NCBI GenBank assembly: GCA_035533655.1
Contig: DATLTJ010000031.1
Location: forward strand, 2,490 to 66,489
DNA: 64,000 nt
Reading direction: 5' to 3'
From: Candidatus Acidiferrales bacterium
GTDB taxonomy: Bacteria; Chloroflexota; Dormibacteria; Aeolococcales; Bog-877
Within the stretch, counting starts at the first letter, position 1; each line of letters opens with the position of its first letter. A model generated the notes under the pieces. It ran no database searches. It was not told the origin of the DNA and saw only the letters and a program-made list of their open reading frames with translations. A program made the translations under genes and the position numbers. Shown one piece after another: positions 1 to 9,883 of this stretch.

Positions 1-990
1 GGCCACCCAGGCGGTCCCCGAGGCGAGTGGCGCAGCCATCGACTGGGAGGGGCACCCCGCCCGAGCCAGCATCTTCCGCCAGGGACTGCCGTCATGCGCT
101 ACCCACGAAACCCTGGAATTAGCCCGGCGCACCCGCGACGTGCTGAAGGGGCCGCTAGCAAGCCCGGTGGGGCCGGCGAGAAGACCGCCGCGGTGACGCT
201 GCGCAAACACTCCGAGACCTACGCCAACATCCGGCCCAGCGCGAGCTCGCGGGGACCACTACACCCTAACGTGGGCGCGGTATCGACTTGGTGGTAGTGG
301 GCGAAAATGTCGAGGACCGGTAGGCCAACATTGAATACATGCAGACCTCGGGCGGGGCCGAGAGTCTCAAGCTAATGTCCCGCAACGTCTGCTAAAGGAT
401 TGTGCGCATGAGGTTCGAGTTCGCTCGCTCCGACAGCCGTCACACCGTGCTCTGCGCCACTGGGTCCAACATCCTGAAATTCAGCGAGGGCCTGCTGAAA
501 CGCACCTTCGAGGAGATTGCCCCCGAGTACTCAAACATTGAGTCGTATCACATCATCATTGACAACTCTGCCCATCAGCTGGTGAGGCGGCCGGAGCAAT
601 TTGCCGTCAGCGTCACCACCAACGTGGACGGAGACATCATCAGCGACCTCAGCTCCGCACTGGTCGGCGGACTCGGTTGCGCTCCCTCTGCCAACATCGG
701 CAACGACGGGGCCGGCTTGGAAGCGGTGCCCGGTTCCGCCCCACATTGCGCCGGCAAGAACGTAGGCAATCCCACCGCCCTGATCCGTGCCGGGGTCATG
801 ATGTTGCGCTGGCTAGGCGAGGTAGAGGCCTCCGAACAGCTCGAGCACGCGGCTTTGCTCACCCGAGAGTCCGGGGTCAAAACCCAGGACATCGCCGTTG
901 GCGGACCAGCCGCCTCCACCACCGAGTACACCGCGTCGACCATCTCCCAAACGGTGAGCGCTCCGCCAATTGATCCGTGCGCGAACATCA
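1..990 (+). pseudogene. icd: Decayed Icd-type (IDH/IMDH superfamily) NADP-isocitrate dehydrogenase, 5'-partial at the window edge.
   Basis: Translated pieces follow the E. coli Icd order across three frames. Frame 2: ISW..ETLELARRTRDVLKGPLASPVG. Frame 1: LRKHSETYANIRP. Frame 0: IDLVVVGENVEDR*ANIEY..MSRNVC*R..FEFARSD..IIIDNSAHQLV..DGDIISDLSSALVGGLGCAPSANIG..HCAGKNVGNPTALI..MLRWLG. Frame shifts occur near nt 170 and nt 270. There is an in-frame TAG where Icd has Tyr and a TAA where Icd has Lys. The reading frame runs past the expected C-terminus to 1250. Confidence 0.6.
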
Positions 991-1423
991 CGCCCGGCAG
1001 CTACCCCGGGTCGCCACCGACTACGCCCTGGTGCCTCCCAGGACCGGCACGATATCGGGGTCGACGTCTTCATCGAGTCAGAGATCTCCCCGCCGGCGCT
1101 GGGGCACAGCTGACCAGCCGCCACCGAGGGCACCGCGCTGCGGCTAGCAACCAGCTGCAACCCGCGGCAGCCAGGTCTATCCCGCCAGCGGCGGGGCCAC
1201 GACGGATTGCATCGACCACTGGCCCTGTCGTTTTCTCATCCGCGATCTGAGGGATAACCTGCAGAACCAGGACGTGATCTTGGTCCTGCAGCGGGTGTCC
1301 CAGGCGCACCACTGGGTGCACATCGGGTGAGTGCCCGACTTCGCCGAAGAGCACGGGTTCACCAAGGCGCAGGGCGAGGACTGACCATGCCCTCTGGCCC
1401 GGTCCTGTCGGGCGGGTCCAGGT

Positions 1424-1876
1424 CTAGCTGACGGCCGTCAGCAGCGCCGCCGCGTGCCCCGCCGGGTTGACCGTCTCCCAGACCCGCTCGACTTGTCCGT
1501 CCGCGCCAATCAGGAACGTGGAGCGGCCGACACTGCCTGATGGACGTTCCGGACTGGACTGCCAGACCCCGAAGAGCTCCGCGACATGGTGGTCCGGATC
1601 GGCGAGGAGGGGCAGATCGGGAGCGCCGCAGGCCTCGGCGAACTTGGCCTTGGCAGCAACGTCACCGACCGAGCAGCCGAAGACCTTGACCTGGTGCTTC
1701 GCAAACTCCGGTAGGGCCCGACCGAACTCGCCGGTTTCGATAGTGCAGCCGGGGGTGTTGTCCTTGGGGTAGAAGTAGATAACCCAGCGTTGACCCCGCA
1801 GTTTGGCGGTGTCGGCGGTCTCGCCGGTCCCCGCCGCCAGCGTGAATTCAGGTACCTGGTCACCGGGCTTCAACAT
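1424..1876 (-). CDS. bcp: Thioredoxin-dependent peroxiredoxin (Bcp/AhpC-TSA family).
   Basis: 150 aa with the peroxiredoxin motif YFYPKDNTPGCTIE and a resolving Cys further on; ATG start. Confidence 0.85.
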   Translation of the reverse strand: MLKPGDQVPEFTLAAGTGETADTAKLRGQRWVIYFYPKDNTPGCTIETGEFGRALPEFAKHQVKVFGCSVGDVAAKAKFAEACGAPDLPLLADPDHHVAELFGVWQSSPERPSGSVGRSTFLIGADGQVERVWETVNPAGHAAALLTAVS

Positions 1877-1932
1877 GGCAGCCTCCTCGTCTGGATTGAC
1901 CTACCGTCAGACGCTATCACGCGGGCTCAAGC

Positions 1933-3729
1933 TCAGCCCGTGAGCAGTTGCTTGGCCTGGAGGGCGATGCTCAGCACCACCCGGGTCTCCGCGTCGTCCA
2001 GCGAGGCGTTGAGCAGATCCTCGATCCGCTGCACCCGATACGCCAGGGTGTTGATGTGCACGTGCAGCTGACGACCGGCGGCGCGCTGATTCCAGCGCTG
2101 GGCCACGAGAGCCTCCAGGGTGGGTAGCAATGGGGTGCGATGGCGCTGGGCGTAGGTCAGGATCGGTCCCAGGGTCTCTTCCACAAAGCGGCGCAGCACA
2201 TCGGGGTCCCGAACTTCCAGCAGCAAGCGGAGGGCACCGAGGGAGCGATACGAGGTTACCTGCCCGGCTCCGCCGGCCCGACGAGAAAGCCGGAGCGCTT
2301 GGCGCGCTTCCTCGTGGGCACGGGCCAGCTCCGAGGCGGAGGTCGCCAGGTTGCCCATGCCGACCGAGAAGCAGAGCCGTCGTCCCAATCCCTGGGCCAG
2401 CGCCAGGATGGCCCGGGAGAACTCCTCCAGCCCGGCCGGAGACGGCTCGGCGGAGCCGTTCTTGGGAGTCGGGAGATGCGCCGGGATCAGGAGCACCGAG
2501 TAGGTGGCCCGAGCCACCACCAGGGAACCGGGGAACCGGCGCTGAGTCAACTCGTTGAGATCCCGCTGGAGCCGCTCCTGGAGGGGCTGGCCCTGGAATT
2601 TGCCGAGGGTGCGCTCGTCGTCCGGCTCCAGCACCAGCACCCAGGCCTGCTCGGGGATTCGGTAGCCGAGCCGCTCCGCCCTGACGGCCAGACGGGCGAT
2701 GTCCTCCGGGCTCTGCCCCGGGGTCAGCAGCCCCTCGAGCAAATCGCCCCGCAGCCGCCGCTCCACCTCGGCGGCGGCCCTCTCCTTGAGCAGCTCCAGA
2801 GCCACCACGGTGGCCCCGTGCTCCAAGGCCCGGCGCTTGCCAGCGCCAGCATTTGCCACCGTGCCTTCGACCGCCAGCACCGCCACCAGCTCCTCGCCCG
2901 CGCGCACCGGGGTCAGGATGAGGTCCAGGCGGGGACGGCCCAGGCTGATCCCGACCGGCTCGGTCGAGCCGGGATTGGTGAGCACGGGCGGGATCAGGAG
3001 TCGGCGGGCTGCGAGGCCCGGCCCCGCCCCGTGCTCCAGATGAAAACCAAGCGGATCGTAGAGTCCGACCTCGCCCCCGGCCAAGCCGGCGATGGCGTCC
3101 AGGATCTTCGGCAGACCGGCGCCGGAGAGTGCCAGCTCGGTGAAGCGCTCGTGCACGGTCTGGGAGAGCTGAATTTCGACCAGCTGCAGCTCCAGCCGGT
3201 GTTGCAGCTCGCTGCGCTCCAAAACCCCCGCCAGGGCACCGGCGATGGCGGAGAGGACGGCCAGCTCGTCCGAGTGGAACTCCCGGTGTTCGACCGTCTG
3301 GACGTTGAGGACTCCGACCATGCGAGGACCGGCCAGGATGGGGACCGACAGCATCGAAGTGAAGCGCTCCTCGTCTAGCCCCTCGATCCACTGGAAGTGG
3401 GGGTCGGTCGCCACATCGGCGACCGAGAGGGGCTCGCGGGAGGCCGCCACCGCTCCAGTGATCCCTTCCTCGGGCGCCAGTACCACCTTGCCGACGGCCG
3501 CCTGGTTGAGCCCGTTGGTGGCCGTCAGCACCAAGCCGGCACGAGCCTGGTCGTACAGGTACAGAGCGCAGACATCGGCCTCCAGGACGCCGGTGGTCTC
3601 GCGGAGCACCAGCGAGAGGAGCTCGTCGCGCTCCATGGTGGAGGCCGCCTCGACCGCCAGCTTCTGCAGGTAGAGGAGTTCTCTGAGCTCCCGCTCGCGG
3701 GCGGCTCCCGACGGGTCGATGGCGGCCAC
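1933..3729 (-). CDS. GAF-domain transcriptional regulator with a PucR/CdaR-type C-terminal HTH.
   Basis: 598 aa. The N-terminal GAF-like region reads LYDQARAGLVLTATNG...GITGAVAASREPLSVADVATDPHF. The C-terminal HTH reads LHVHINTLAYRVQRIEDLL, typical of the PucR family. GTG start sits 2 nt after the moaC stop. Confidence 0.75.
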   Translation of the reverse strand: MAAIDPSGAARERELRELLYLQKLAVEAASTMERDELLSLVLRETTGVLEADVCALYLYDQARAGLVLTATNGLNQAAVGKVVLAPEEGITGAVAASREPLSVADVATDPHFQWIEGLDEERFTSMLSVPILAGPRMVGVLNVQTVEHREFHSDELAVLSAIAGALAGVLERSELQHRLELQLVEIQLSQTVHERFTELALSGAGLPKILDAIAGLAGGEVGLYDPLGFHLEHGAGPGLAARRLLIPPVLTNPGSTEPVGISLGRPRLDLILTPVRAGEELVAVLAVEGTVANAGAGKRRALEHGATVVALELLKERAAAEVERRLRGDLLEGLLTPGQSPEDIARLAVRAERLGYRIPEQAWVLVLEPDDERTLGKFQGQPLQERLQRDLNELTQRRFPGSLVVARATYSVLLIPAHLPTPKNGSAEPSPAGLEEFSRAILALAQGLGRRLCFSVGMGNLATSASELARAHEEARQALRLSRRAGGAGQVTSYRSLGALRLLLEVRDPDVLRRFVEETLGPILTYAQRHRTPLLPTLEALVAQRWNQRAAGRQLHVHINTLAYRVQRIEDLLNASLDDAETRVVLSIALQAKQLLTG

Positions 3730-3730
3730 C

Positions 3731-4252
3731 TCAGCCGTCTTCCGCGGCCTCGACCCCGGAGCCGGGCCGACGGACGGCTCCGGATCGACCCCCGTGCTTC
3801 GCCAACAGGGCGATCGGGCCGATCTCCGCCCACGGATCCAGGCTCTTGATCATGTCGATCACCGTCAGCGCGGCTACGCTGACAGCGGTCAGCGCCTCCA
3901 TCTCGACGCCGGTGGTGCCGTGGCAGCGAACGGTCGCCCGCAGTTGAACTCGGTCGGGCTCCCTGGCCAGCTGGGCGTCGACGGCCACATGGGTCAGGGT
4001 GAGCGGATGGCAGAGGGGGATCAGCTCCGGAGTGCGCTTGGCGCCCATGATTCCTGCCAACCGAGCCACCTCGAGGACGTCCCCCTTGGTGACGGCGCCG
4101 TCGGCGATGGCCGCCCAGGCGGCCGGGTTCAGCCGCACCTCACCCTGGGCGGTCGCCTCACGGTCGGTGCTGGGCCGATTGCCGACGTCCACCATCCTCA
4201 CCTTCCCCCGCGCGTCCAGATGGCTGAGCCCGGGATCACTCTTATCGGTCAT
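3731..4252 (-). CDS. moaC: Cyclic pyranopterin monophosphate synthase MoaC.
   Basis: 173 aa. The conserved MoaC core reads GKVRMVDVG.K..T.REA.A.G.V......LA..AGIMGAKRT.ELIPLCHPL.L. The ATG at 4252 was verified on the reverse strand and overlaps the upstream gene's stop by 4 nt. Confidence 0.9.
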   Translation of the reverse strand: MTDKSDPGLSHLDARGKVRMVDVGNRPSTDREATAQGEVRLNPAAWAAIADGAVTKGDVLEVARLAGIMGAKRTPELIPLCHPLTLTHVAVDAQLAREPDRVQLRATVRCHGTTGVEMEALTAVSVAALTVIDMIKSLDPWAEIGPIALLAKHGGRSGAVRRPGSGVEAAEDG

Positions 4253-4878
4253 GAGCTCGCCGCGCAGGCGTTGACCCCATTGGCTACTTTCCCGCCACCG
4301 AAGCTCACCCCCACGATCAGATCGTTGGGACGGGCGGCCTCGCAGGAAAAGGTGAGGGATCTGCCGACGTCGATCAGTCCCAGGAAGAAGGAGGGGTGGA
4401 ACCCCCGGGCCAGCGCCTGGGGAATCAGCGAGGGAAGGGTCATCTGGCCGATCGCCAGATTGGAGAACTTGAGAACGATCGTCGGCTTGCCCAGACCCCC
4501 GAAGACGACCGGCCCACTGATGACCAACGGGCGGTTGAGGATGGTGGTCTCTCCGCTCACCACCACCTGGCCTTGGAGCACGTGCACCTCCAGCTGCGAG
4601 AGGCCGTCGTAGGTGCTGAGGGTGTCCGCGAGCAGGCCGGTCGCCTCGGCGTCGGTAAGTTGCAGCAGAGCCACCGGCTGCCCATTGGTGAGCGCTGCGG
4701 CGACGGCCTTGCCCGCGCTCAGCTGGAGGGCCGCGGGCAGCGCAGCTGTCACCGGGGGGTAGTCGGGAGGGGTGGTCCAGAGGTGGATTGCGTAAACCAC
4801 CAGGGCCACCACCACGACCACCGGGAGGAGGCAGCCCAGACAATTGAGGGTGCAGCCGCGCCGGAAGGCCCCGAGCAC
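4249..4878 (-). CDS. Hypothetical single-pass membrane protein (N-terminal TM, then a beta-rich ectodomain).
   Basis: 209 aa. N-terminal hydrophobic helix CLLPVVVVVALVVYAIHLW. Composition looks protein-like rather than Arg/Pro-rich junk. Sits in an ATGA overlap with moaC. Confidence 0.5.
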   Translation of the reverse strand: MLGAFRRGCTLNCLGCLLPVVVVVALVVYAIHLWTTPPDYPPVTAALPAALQLSAGKAVAAALTNGQPVALLQLTDAEATGLLADTLSTYDGLSQLEVHVLQGQVVVSGETTILNRPLVISGPVVFGGLGKPTIVLKFSNLAIGQMTLPSLIPQALARGFHPSFFLGLIDVGRSLTFSCEAARPNDLIVGVSFGGGKVANGVNACAASS

Positions 4879-4879
4879 C

Positions 4880-5389
4880 TCAGCTGACCTGGCCCGGGCC
4901 GGACTGCCAAGCGTCGAAGGCCCGCCGGTGGGAGGCGAACACCAGCTCCGGGAGGTGCTCGGGATCGAAGCAGCCCAGCTCGGGCGCCTCGGGGGTGGGA
5001 CTGGGCTCGCCGACGGTCAGCCGACCCCGGTAAGCCAGTACCACCAGACCACCCTCCTCGGTCACCACGTGAAAGACCCCGGCGAGCCCTTCGACCTCGG
5101 CTTCGCAGCCGGTCTCCTCGCGGCACTCGCGGGCCGCTCCGAAGGCCGGGTCCTCCTCGTCATCGACGTAGCCGCCCGGGAAGGCCCAGCCGCCCCGGCC
5201 AGGGGAGATCCCCCGGCGGATCACCAGGAGACGGCCCTCGGGGTCGCTGGCCATAAGAGCCGTCGCCACCTTCGGTCCCCTCCAGGCCACGAAGTCACAC
5301 CGGGGGCAGGCAGGCAGGTCTCGGCCCTCGAGCTGGCGCGGCTCGAGGGCCGCCCCGCAGCTGGGGCAAAAGCGGAACTCGGTCTTCAT
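4880..5389 (-). CDS. NUDIX hydrolase with an N-terminal C4 zinc ribbon (NudC-like short form).
   Basis: CPSCG..CPRCD zinc ribbon, followed by the Nudix box GGWAFPGGYVDDEEDPAFGAARECREETG. Confidence 0.75.
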   Translation of the reverse strand: MKTEFRFCPSCGAALEPRQLEGRDLPACPRCDFVAWRGPKVATALMASDPEGRLLVIRRGISPGRGGWAFPGGYVDDEEDPAFGAARECREETGCEAEVEGLAGVFHVVTEEGGLVVLAYRGRLTVGEPSPTPEAPELGCFDPEHLPELVFASHRRAFDAWQSGPGQVS

Positions 5390-5469
5390 TGGTCCCGACC
5401 GGGCCCGGTCATCGCTGCCACCTCCTCCCGACCAGGTTGCGCCGATGGCCCTTCGCCTGAGTGCATGGA

Positions 5470-5489
5470 GCGGCGGATAACGCCGCCGC
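5470..5489. terminator. GC hairpin between dinB and the NUDIX gene.
   Basis: GCGGCGG-ATAACG-CCGCCGC, a 7-bp perfect stem. No U-tract follows, which is common in high-GC genomes. Confidence 0.2.
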
Positions 5490-5532
5490 GGCCTTCAGAT
5501 GATACGGGGCCAGATGCCGAACTCCGAAGCGG

Positions 5533-6768
5533 CTAAGGGTCGGTGAGGCGCCGCAGGTGGTCTTGATTCCAGTCCAATGGAGCATTCAGCGACCCCGTGC
5601 CGCGGGAGATCGCCCGACCCCCGAAGCGACCCCGGAGACCGTCCAGCGCCAAGTCCAGGCGCGCGCCGCGGTCACCAACCTGCTCGAACAGGCTCATCTG
5701 ACGAGCCTCGCTCAGACCTTCGGCACCGACCCCGAGCAACCGCACCGCCTGGCCTTCGCTCCAGGTCTCGCCGAAGAGCTCCAGGGCGCCTGCCTGAAGC
5801 TCCAGGTCGGCATAGGTCGGCTCCAGCAGGTGACGGCGTCGGGTGATCGTTTCGAAGTTCGCGAAGCGCATTTTGATCGCCACCGCCTGGGAGATCAGCG
5901 AGGCGGCCCGGAGCCGTTTGCCCACTCCGGCCGAGAGCGCGGCGATCCGGGCCTCCAGCTCCGCTCTCGAGACGAGATCCTCGGCGTAGGTTTCCTCGCG
6001 GCTGACCGATTTGGGGATCCCGGGCAACGTGACTCGAGACTGGTCCACCCCGCGGGCGCGCAGCTGCAGCGCTCCGGCGTTTGGTCCGAGGGTCTCCTGG
6101 AGCAGGGTGGTCGGTGCCGCCACCAGCTTGCCCAGGGTGTCGATGCCCAGGAGTCGCAGCTTGGCAGTCGTCTTGGGACCGGCTCCGGGCAGCCGCTCCA
6201 CCGCCAACGGGGCGAGGAATTGGGCCTCCTCGCCCGGGGGTACGACCACCCTGCCGCGCGGCTTGCGCAGATCCGACGCCACCTTCGCCACCACTTTGGT
6301 GGTGGCGACCCCGACCGAGCAGGGAAGGCCCAGCTCGGCTTCGAGGCGGGCGGTGATGGCCAGCGCGGCCGCCTGGCCGCCCCCGCTCAGCGACTCGGTG
6401 CCGGTCAGGTCGAGAAAAGCCTCGTCCAGCGATCCCGGCTCGACCAGAGGGGTGTATTCCGCGAAGATCGAGAAGACCCGCTGGGAGATCCGGGCGTACT
6501 CGGCAATATCAACCGGCAGGACGATCAGCCCGGGACAGAGGTTGAGGGCCCGGCCCAGCGGCAAGGCCGAGCGAACCCCAAATCGGCGCGCCTCGTACGA
6601 GGCGGCCGCGACCACCCCCCGGCCGGGATCCCGCTGATCGCCCGGGTGCGACTCGTGGCCGCCGCCGACGACCACCGGCTGGCCGGCCAGCTCCGGCCGG
6701 CGGAGCAACTCGCAGGAGACAAAGAAGGCGTCCAGGTCCACGTGCAGGATCGTTCGCGTCCTCGCCAT
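5533..6768 (-). CDS. dinB: DNA polymerase IV (Y-family).
   Basis: N-terminus ILHVDLDAFFVSCE, then SYEARRFGVRSA, CSVGVATTKVVAKVASD and HhH PGAGPKTTAKL, all in the DinB order. Confidence 0.9.
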   Translation of the reverse strand: MARTRTILHVDLDAFFVSCELLRRPELAGQPVVVGGGHESHPGDQRDPGRGVVAAASYEARRFGVRSALPLGRALNLCPGLIVLPVDIAEYARISQRVFSIFAEYTPLVEPGSLDEAFLDLTGTESLSGGGQAAALAITARLEAELGLPCSVGVATTKVVAKVASDLRKPRGRVVVPPGEEAQFLAPLAVERLPGAGPKTTAKLRLLGIDTLGKLVAAPTTLLQETLGPNAGALQLRARGVDQSRVTLPGIPKSVSREETYAEDLVSRAELEARIAALSAGVGKRLRAASLISQAVAIKMRFANFETITRRRHLLEPTYADLELQAGALELFGETWSEGQAVRLLGVGAEGLSEARQMSLFEQVGDRGARLDLALDGLRGRFGGRAISRGTGSLNAPLDWNQDHLRRLTDP

Positions 6769-6787
6769 CCGCGGGCACCCCCGGGGG

Positions 6788-8584
6788 TCAGACCCCCCTA
6801 GCGAAGGTCCGGGCCGCCAGCGCCTGGACCGGTTCCAGCTGGTCTCTGACCCACTCCCGCTCCGCGAGCCGGAGTGCCTCCAGCTCGGCCAGCACCTCGT
6901 CGAGGATGGCGGCGCGCGCGACTGTCCGGGGCTCGCCGATGCGCCGCTTGAATTCGGCTCCCTCGGCCTTCAGGCTTCGGGGCGAGATGGTGATCCGGAG
7001 GGGAATCCCGCGCAGATCGGCGTCGGCGAACTTGACCCCGGGGCTGACCTCCCGATCGTCGTAGAGGACCTCGACCCCAGCCTCCGCCAGATCCCGGTAG
7101 GTGGCCTCGGCCAACAGGGTGACCTCCTCCTCCTGGCCCACCGAGACCAGCGCCACCTCGTACGGGGCCACCCCGATCGGCAGGGTCAGGCCCCGGTCAT
7201 CGTGGTGCTCCTCGGCGACGCACGACAAGAGCCGACCCAGCCCGATCCCGTAAGAGCCCATCACCACCGGCAGTTGCTGGCCCGCCTCGTCGTTGTAGAA
7301 GGCCCCCAGCGCCACGCTGTACTGGGTGCCCAATTGGAAGATATTGCCGTACTCGATGCCCCGCCCGAGCCGCAACGGGGCACCGCAGTTGCCGCACGGG
7401 TCCCCGGTGGTGGCCGAGGCCACCCGGGCCACCGAATCCACCCGGCAGTCACGGGCGAGGTTGAAGTTGCGAAGGTGCCAGCCCTCGCGATTGGCCCCGG
7501 TTACCAGATTGCGCCGGCGAGTGATCGCCTCGTCGGCCACCACGATCGCGGCATCTGCCGCGAGCCCCCGCGGTGACATGTACCCGGGCACTCCCCCAGC
7601 CCGCTCCACCTCCTCCGGAGTCGAGGGGCGGAGGTCGATGGCGCCGGTGGCGTTGCGCAGCTGGGCCAGATTGACCTCCGAGGGTCCTGGCACCAGGGCC
7701 AGGACCAGCCGCGGGGGCTGGCCCCGCTGGAGCTCCGCCATGAAGGCGACCGACTTGGCGACCCGGGAAGGGTCTACCTTGAGAAACTCCGAGATCTCGG
7801 CGACCGTCGCCGCTCCGGGCGTCTCCACCTCCTCCAGCTCGCCTTCGGGCTCGGTCTCAGGCTGGGGGAGCGCGGTCTCCGCGACCTCCTGGTTGGCGGC
7901 GTAGCCACAGCTGTCACACAACACCAGGGTGTCCTCACCGACCTCGGTCAGGTACATGAACTCGTGGGCCAGGTGACCCCCGTGGACCCCGACATCGCTG
8001 AGCACCGCCACCACCGGGACTCCCGCCCGGGCGGCGATCTTGAAGTAAGCGTGGAAGTGGGCGATGTAGGCGCGGTCCAGCCCGGCCTGATCGCGATCCA
8101 GGGAATAGGAGTCCTTCATGGTGAACTCCCTCGTCCGCAGCAGCCCGCCCCGCGCCCGGGGCTCGTCGCGGAACTTAGTCTGGAGTTGGTAGACGATCCG
8201 GGGCAGGTCCCGGTACGAGCTAACGTTGGCAGCGGTCAGGTCGGCGACCACCTCCTCGTGGGAGAGGGCGAGCGCCATATCCCGGCCGCGCCGGTCGTGG
8301 AAGCGGAGCAGAACCTGGTCAATATGATCCCAGCGCCCGCTCTGCTTCCACAGGTCCCCGGGGTGGACGACCGGCATGGAGAGTTCCTGGCCGCCCAGGG
8401 CGTTCATCTCCTCCCGGAGGATCCGGCGCAGCTTCTGCTCGGTTCGCCAACCCATTGGCAGATAGCTGTAGATGCCGGTCGCCAGCTGTTGAATGAAACC
8501 CGCCCGCAGCAGCAACTGGTGAGAGATCAGCTCCTCGGTGGGGGCGCTGCGGCGGGTGGCGCCGAATAGCGCGCTAACTCGCAT
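6788..8584 (-). CDS. proS: Prolyl-tRNA synthetase (bacterial type, with an editing insertion).
   Basis: 598 aa. Class II motifs include FRDEPRARGGLLRTREFTMKDSYS, the anticodon-binding region and GSYGIGLGR. Confidence 0.9.
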   Translation of the reverse strand: MRVSALFGATRRSAPTEELISHQLLLRAGFIQQLATGIYSYLPMGWRTEQKLRRILREEMNALGGQELSMPVVHPGDLWKQSGRWDHIDQVLLRFHDRRGRDMALALSHEEVVADLTAANVSSYRDLPRIVYQLQTKFRDEPRARGGLLRTREFTMKDSYSLDRDQAGLDRAYIAHFHAYFKIAARAGVPVVAVLSDVGVHGGHLAHEFMYLTEVGEDTLVLCDSCGYAANQEVAETALPQPETEPEGELEEVETPGAATVAEISEFLKVDPSRVAKSVAFMAELQRGQPPRLVLALVPGPSEVNLAQLRNATGAIDLRPSTPEEVERAGGVPGYMSPRGLAADAAIVVADEAITRRRNLVTGANREGWHLRNFNLARDCRVDSVARVASATTGDPCGNCGAPLRLGRGIEYGNIFQLGTQYSVALGAFYNDEAGQQLPVVMGSYGIGLGRLLSCVAEEHHDDRGLTLPIGVAPYEVALVSVGQEEEVTLLAEATYRDLAEAGVEVLYDDREVSPGVKFADADLRGIPLRITISPRSLKAEGAEFKRRIGEPRTVARAAILDEVLAELEALRLAEREWVRDQLEPVQALAARTFARGV

Positions 8585-8642
8585 CGGTCAAGTGTACGAA
8601 GCGGTCTCGCCGCCTCCGAGAGGGTGTCGATAGCGCCTCAGC

Positions 8643-9371
8643 TCACTCCAACAGGGTCAGTAAATCCCCCCACCGGGCCAGCTGTTCCGCGCCCTCGCGA
8701 CGAGCCCTCGCCCCCGGCGCCAGGATCGCCCTCATCCCGGCCGCCGTGGCGCCTTCGATGTCCGCCTCCCACTCGTCCCCTAGGAACCACACCGATCGTG
8801 CCGGCAGCCCGAGCCGCTTCAGCATCTCCGCGAAGATTCTCGGGTCCGGCTTGCGCCAGCCGATCTCGCTCGAGAAGAGGACGGCGTCGAAGTACCGGCG
8901 CAGCTGGAACCGCTCCAGCTGCTCGTGCATCAACTGGGGCGGGAAGGGAGCGTTGGAACAGAGCGCGAGGCGCAGGCCCCGCTCCTTCAGGGTAGCCAGG
9001 ACCTCACGGGCTGGCTCAATCGGCGCCACCCCTTCCACCCAGGCGCGCTGCAGGACCGTCCCCACCCGGTCGCTGACCTCCCGACTGGGCCAGGCTCCCA
9101 GCAGCTGATGCATGGCTTCGCGGTGGATGACTTCGAACTCGACCTCCCGCCACGGGTCCGCCCGCTGACCCGCGTCGATCCTTTGGTCCACCAGCCGATC
9201 GAGGGCCAGGGCAAATTCCCCCGGCGTCCCGTTCCACCCGCTCTCGGCAAGGGGCAGCTCTTGGGCCAGGCTCACCCCGGCGGCCGCGATGGCCGTTTCC
9301 GGCCTGGTGAAGTCGACCAGAGTGCGCCCGTAGTCGAAGCAGATCCCGGCCGGACGATCCGCCGAGGTCAC
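8643..9371 (-). CDS. HAD-superfamily hydrolase.
   Basis: HAD motifs are present: D-x-D near the N-terminus (CFDYGRTLVD), LALCSNA, and GDEWEADIEGATAAGM. Confidence 0.7.
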   Translation of the reverse strand: MTSADRPAGICFDYGRTLVDFTRPETAIAAAGVSLAQELPLAESGWNGTPGEFALALDRLVDQRIDAGQRADPWREVEFEVIHREAMHQLLGAWPSREVSDRVGTVLQRAWVEGVAPIEPAREVLATLKERGLRLALCSNAPFPPQLMHEQLERFQLRRYFDAVLFSSEIGWRKPDPRIFAEMLKRLGLPARSVWFLGDEWEADIEGATAAGMRAILAPGARARREGAEQLARWGDLLTLLE

Positions 9372-9853
9372 CCTCCGGATCCAGCCTCCGGAGATCGCCC
9401 GCCACCGCGGGGTCGCCGGCGGCGGCGACGCCGGCGTTCGGCTCCGCCGCCAGCCGCCGCGGCGGCTGGCGGCGGGGGCGCTCCGGGGCCGGGACGCCGA
9501 CCCTGGCCACTGGCTTGGGGCTGCTGGGCCACAGGAGCACCCGCCGGCCGGCGGCGCCGGCGGCGGCGGCTCGGGGTGGAAGCCGGTCGGGTGGGGCTGA
9601 ACTTGGCCAGGAGCCCTTCCTGGTGCTGGGGATCCCAGCTCCCACTTCCGATCTCTCCATACGCGGTCACCCGGGCGTCAAACTCGGCCATGAATTCCTG
9701 AAGCGGGCGCTTCTCCTTGACCGCATTGGTGATCTGCTTCTCGGCCCAAGGCTGGTAGTGAGGGGATTCTGGGTTGAGGAACTCGGGGGGCCGGCCACCT
9801 TCGCGCCCCTTCTCGTCCCGGGCCGCGGTCGGCGCCTCATCAGGCTGGTCCAC
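9368..9853 (-). CDS. Hypothetical protein with an Arg/Pro/Ala-rich low-complexity C-terminal tail.
   Basis: The N-terminal ~85 aa has ordinary composition (PESPHYQPWAEKQITNAVKEKRPLQEFMAEFDARV). The tail is poly-Arg. Sits in 4-nt overlaps with both neighbours. Confidence 0.4.
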   Translation of the reverse strand: MDQPDEAPTAARDEKGREGGRPPEFLNPESPHYQPWAEKQITNAVKEKRPLQEFMAEFDARVTAYGEIGSGSWDPQHQEGLLAKFSPTRPASTPSRRRRRRRPAGAPVAQQPQASGQGRRPGPGAPPPPAAAAAGGGAERRRRRRRRPRGGGRSPEAGSGG

Positions 9854-9883
9854 CGGGCGAGTATAGGTTGGGTCCTCGGCGCC

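Noticed and set aside
300-400. The idea that the TAG and TAA inside icd reflect stop-codon reassignment.
   Set aside because: Ndk, plsX and other intact genes terminate normally at TAG, TGA or TAA. The same gene also carries frameshifts and a lost stop. A pseudogene is the simpler explanation.
9400-9600. GC-rich GGCGGCGGC-type repetitive stretch, considered as a repeat element or CRISPR-like array.
   Set aside because: Irregular low-complexity sequence with no repeat/spacer periodicity. It corresponds to poly-Arg/Ala coding (or its antisense) within the 9368-9853 ORF.
8925-9701. 258-aa plus-strand ORF across the HAD/hypothetical junction.
   Set aside because: Antisense to two overlapping minus-strand genes; poly-Arg/Gly composition.
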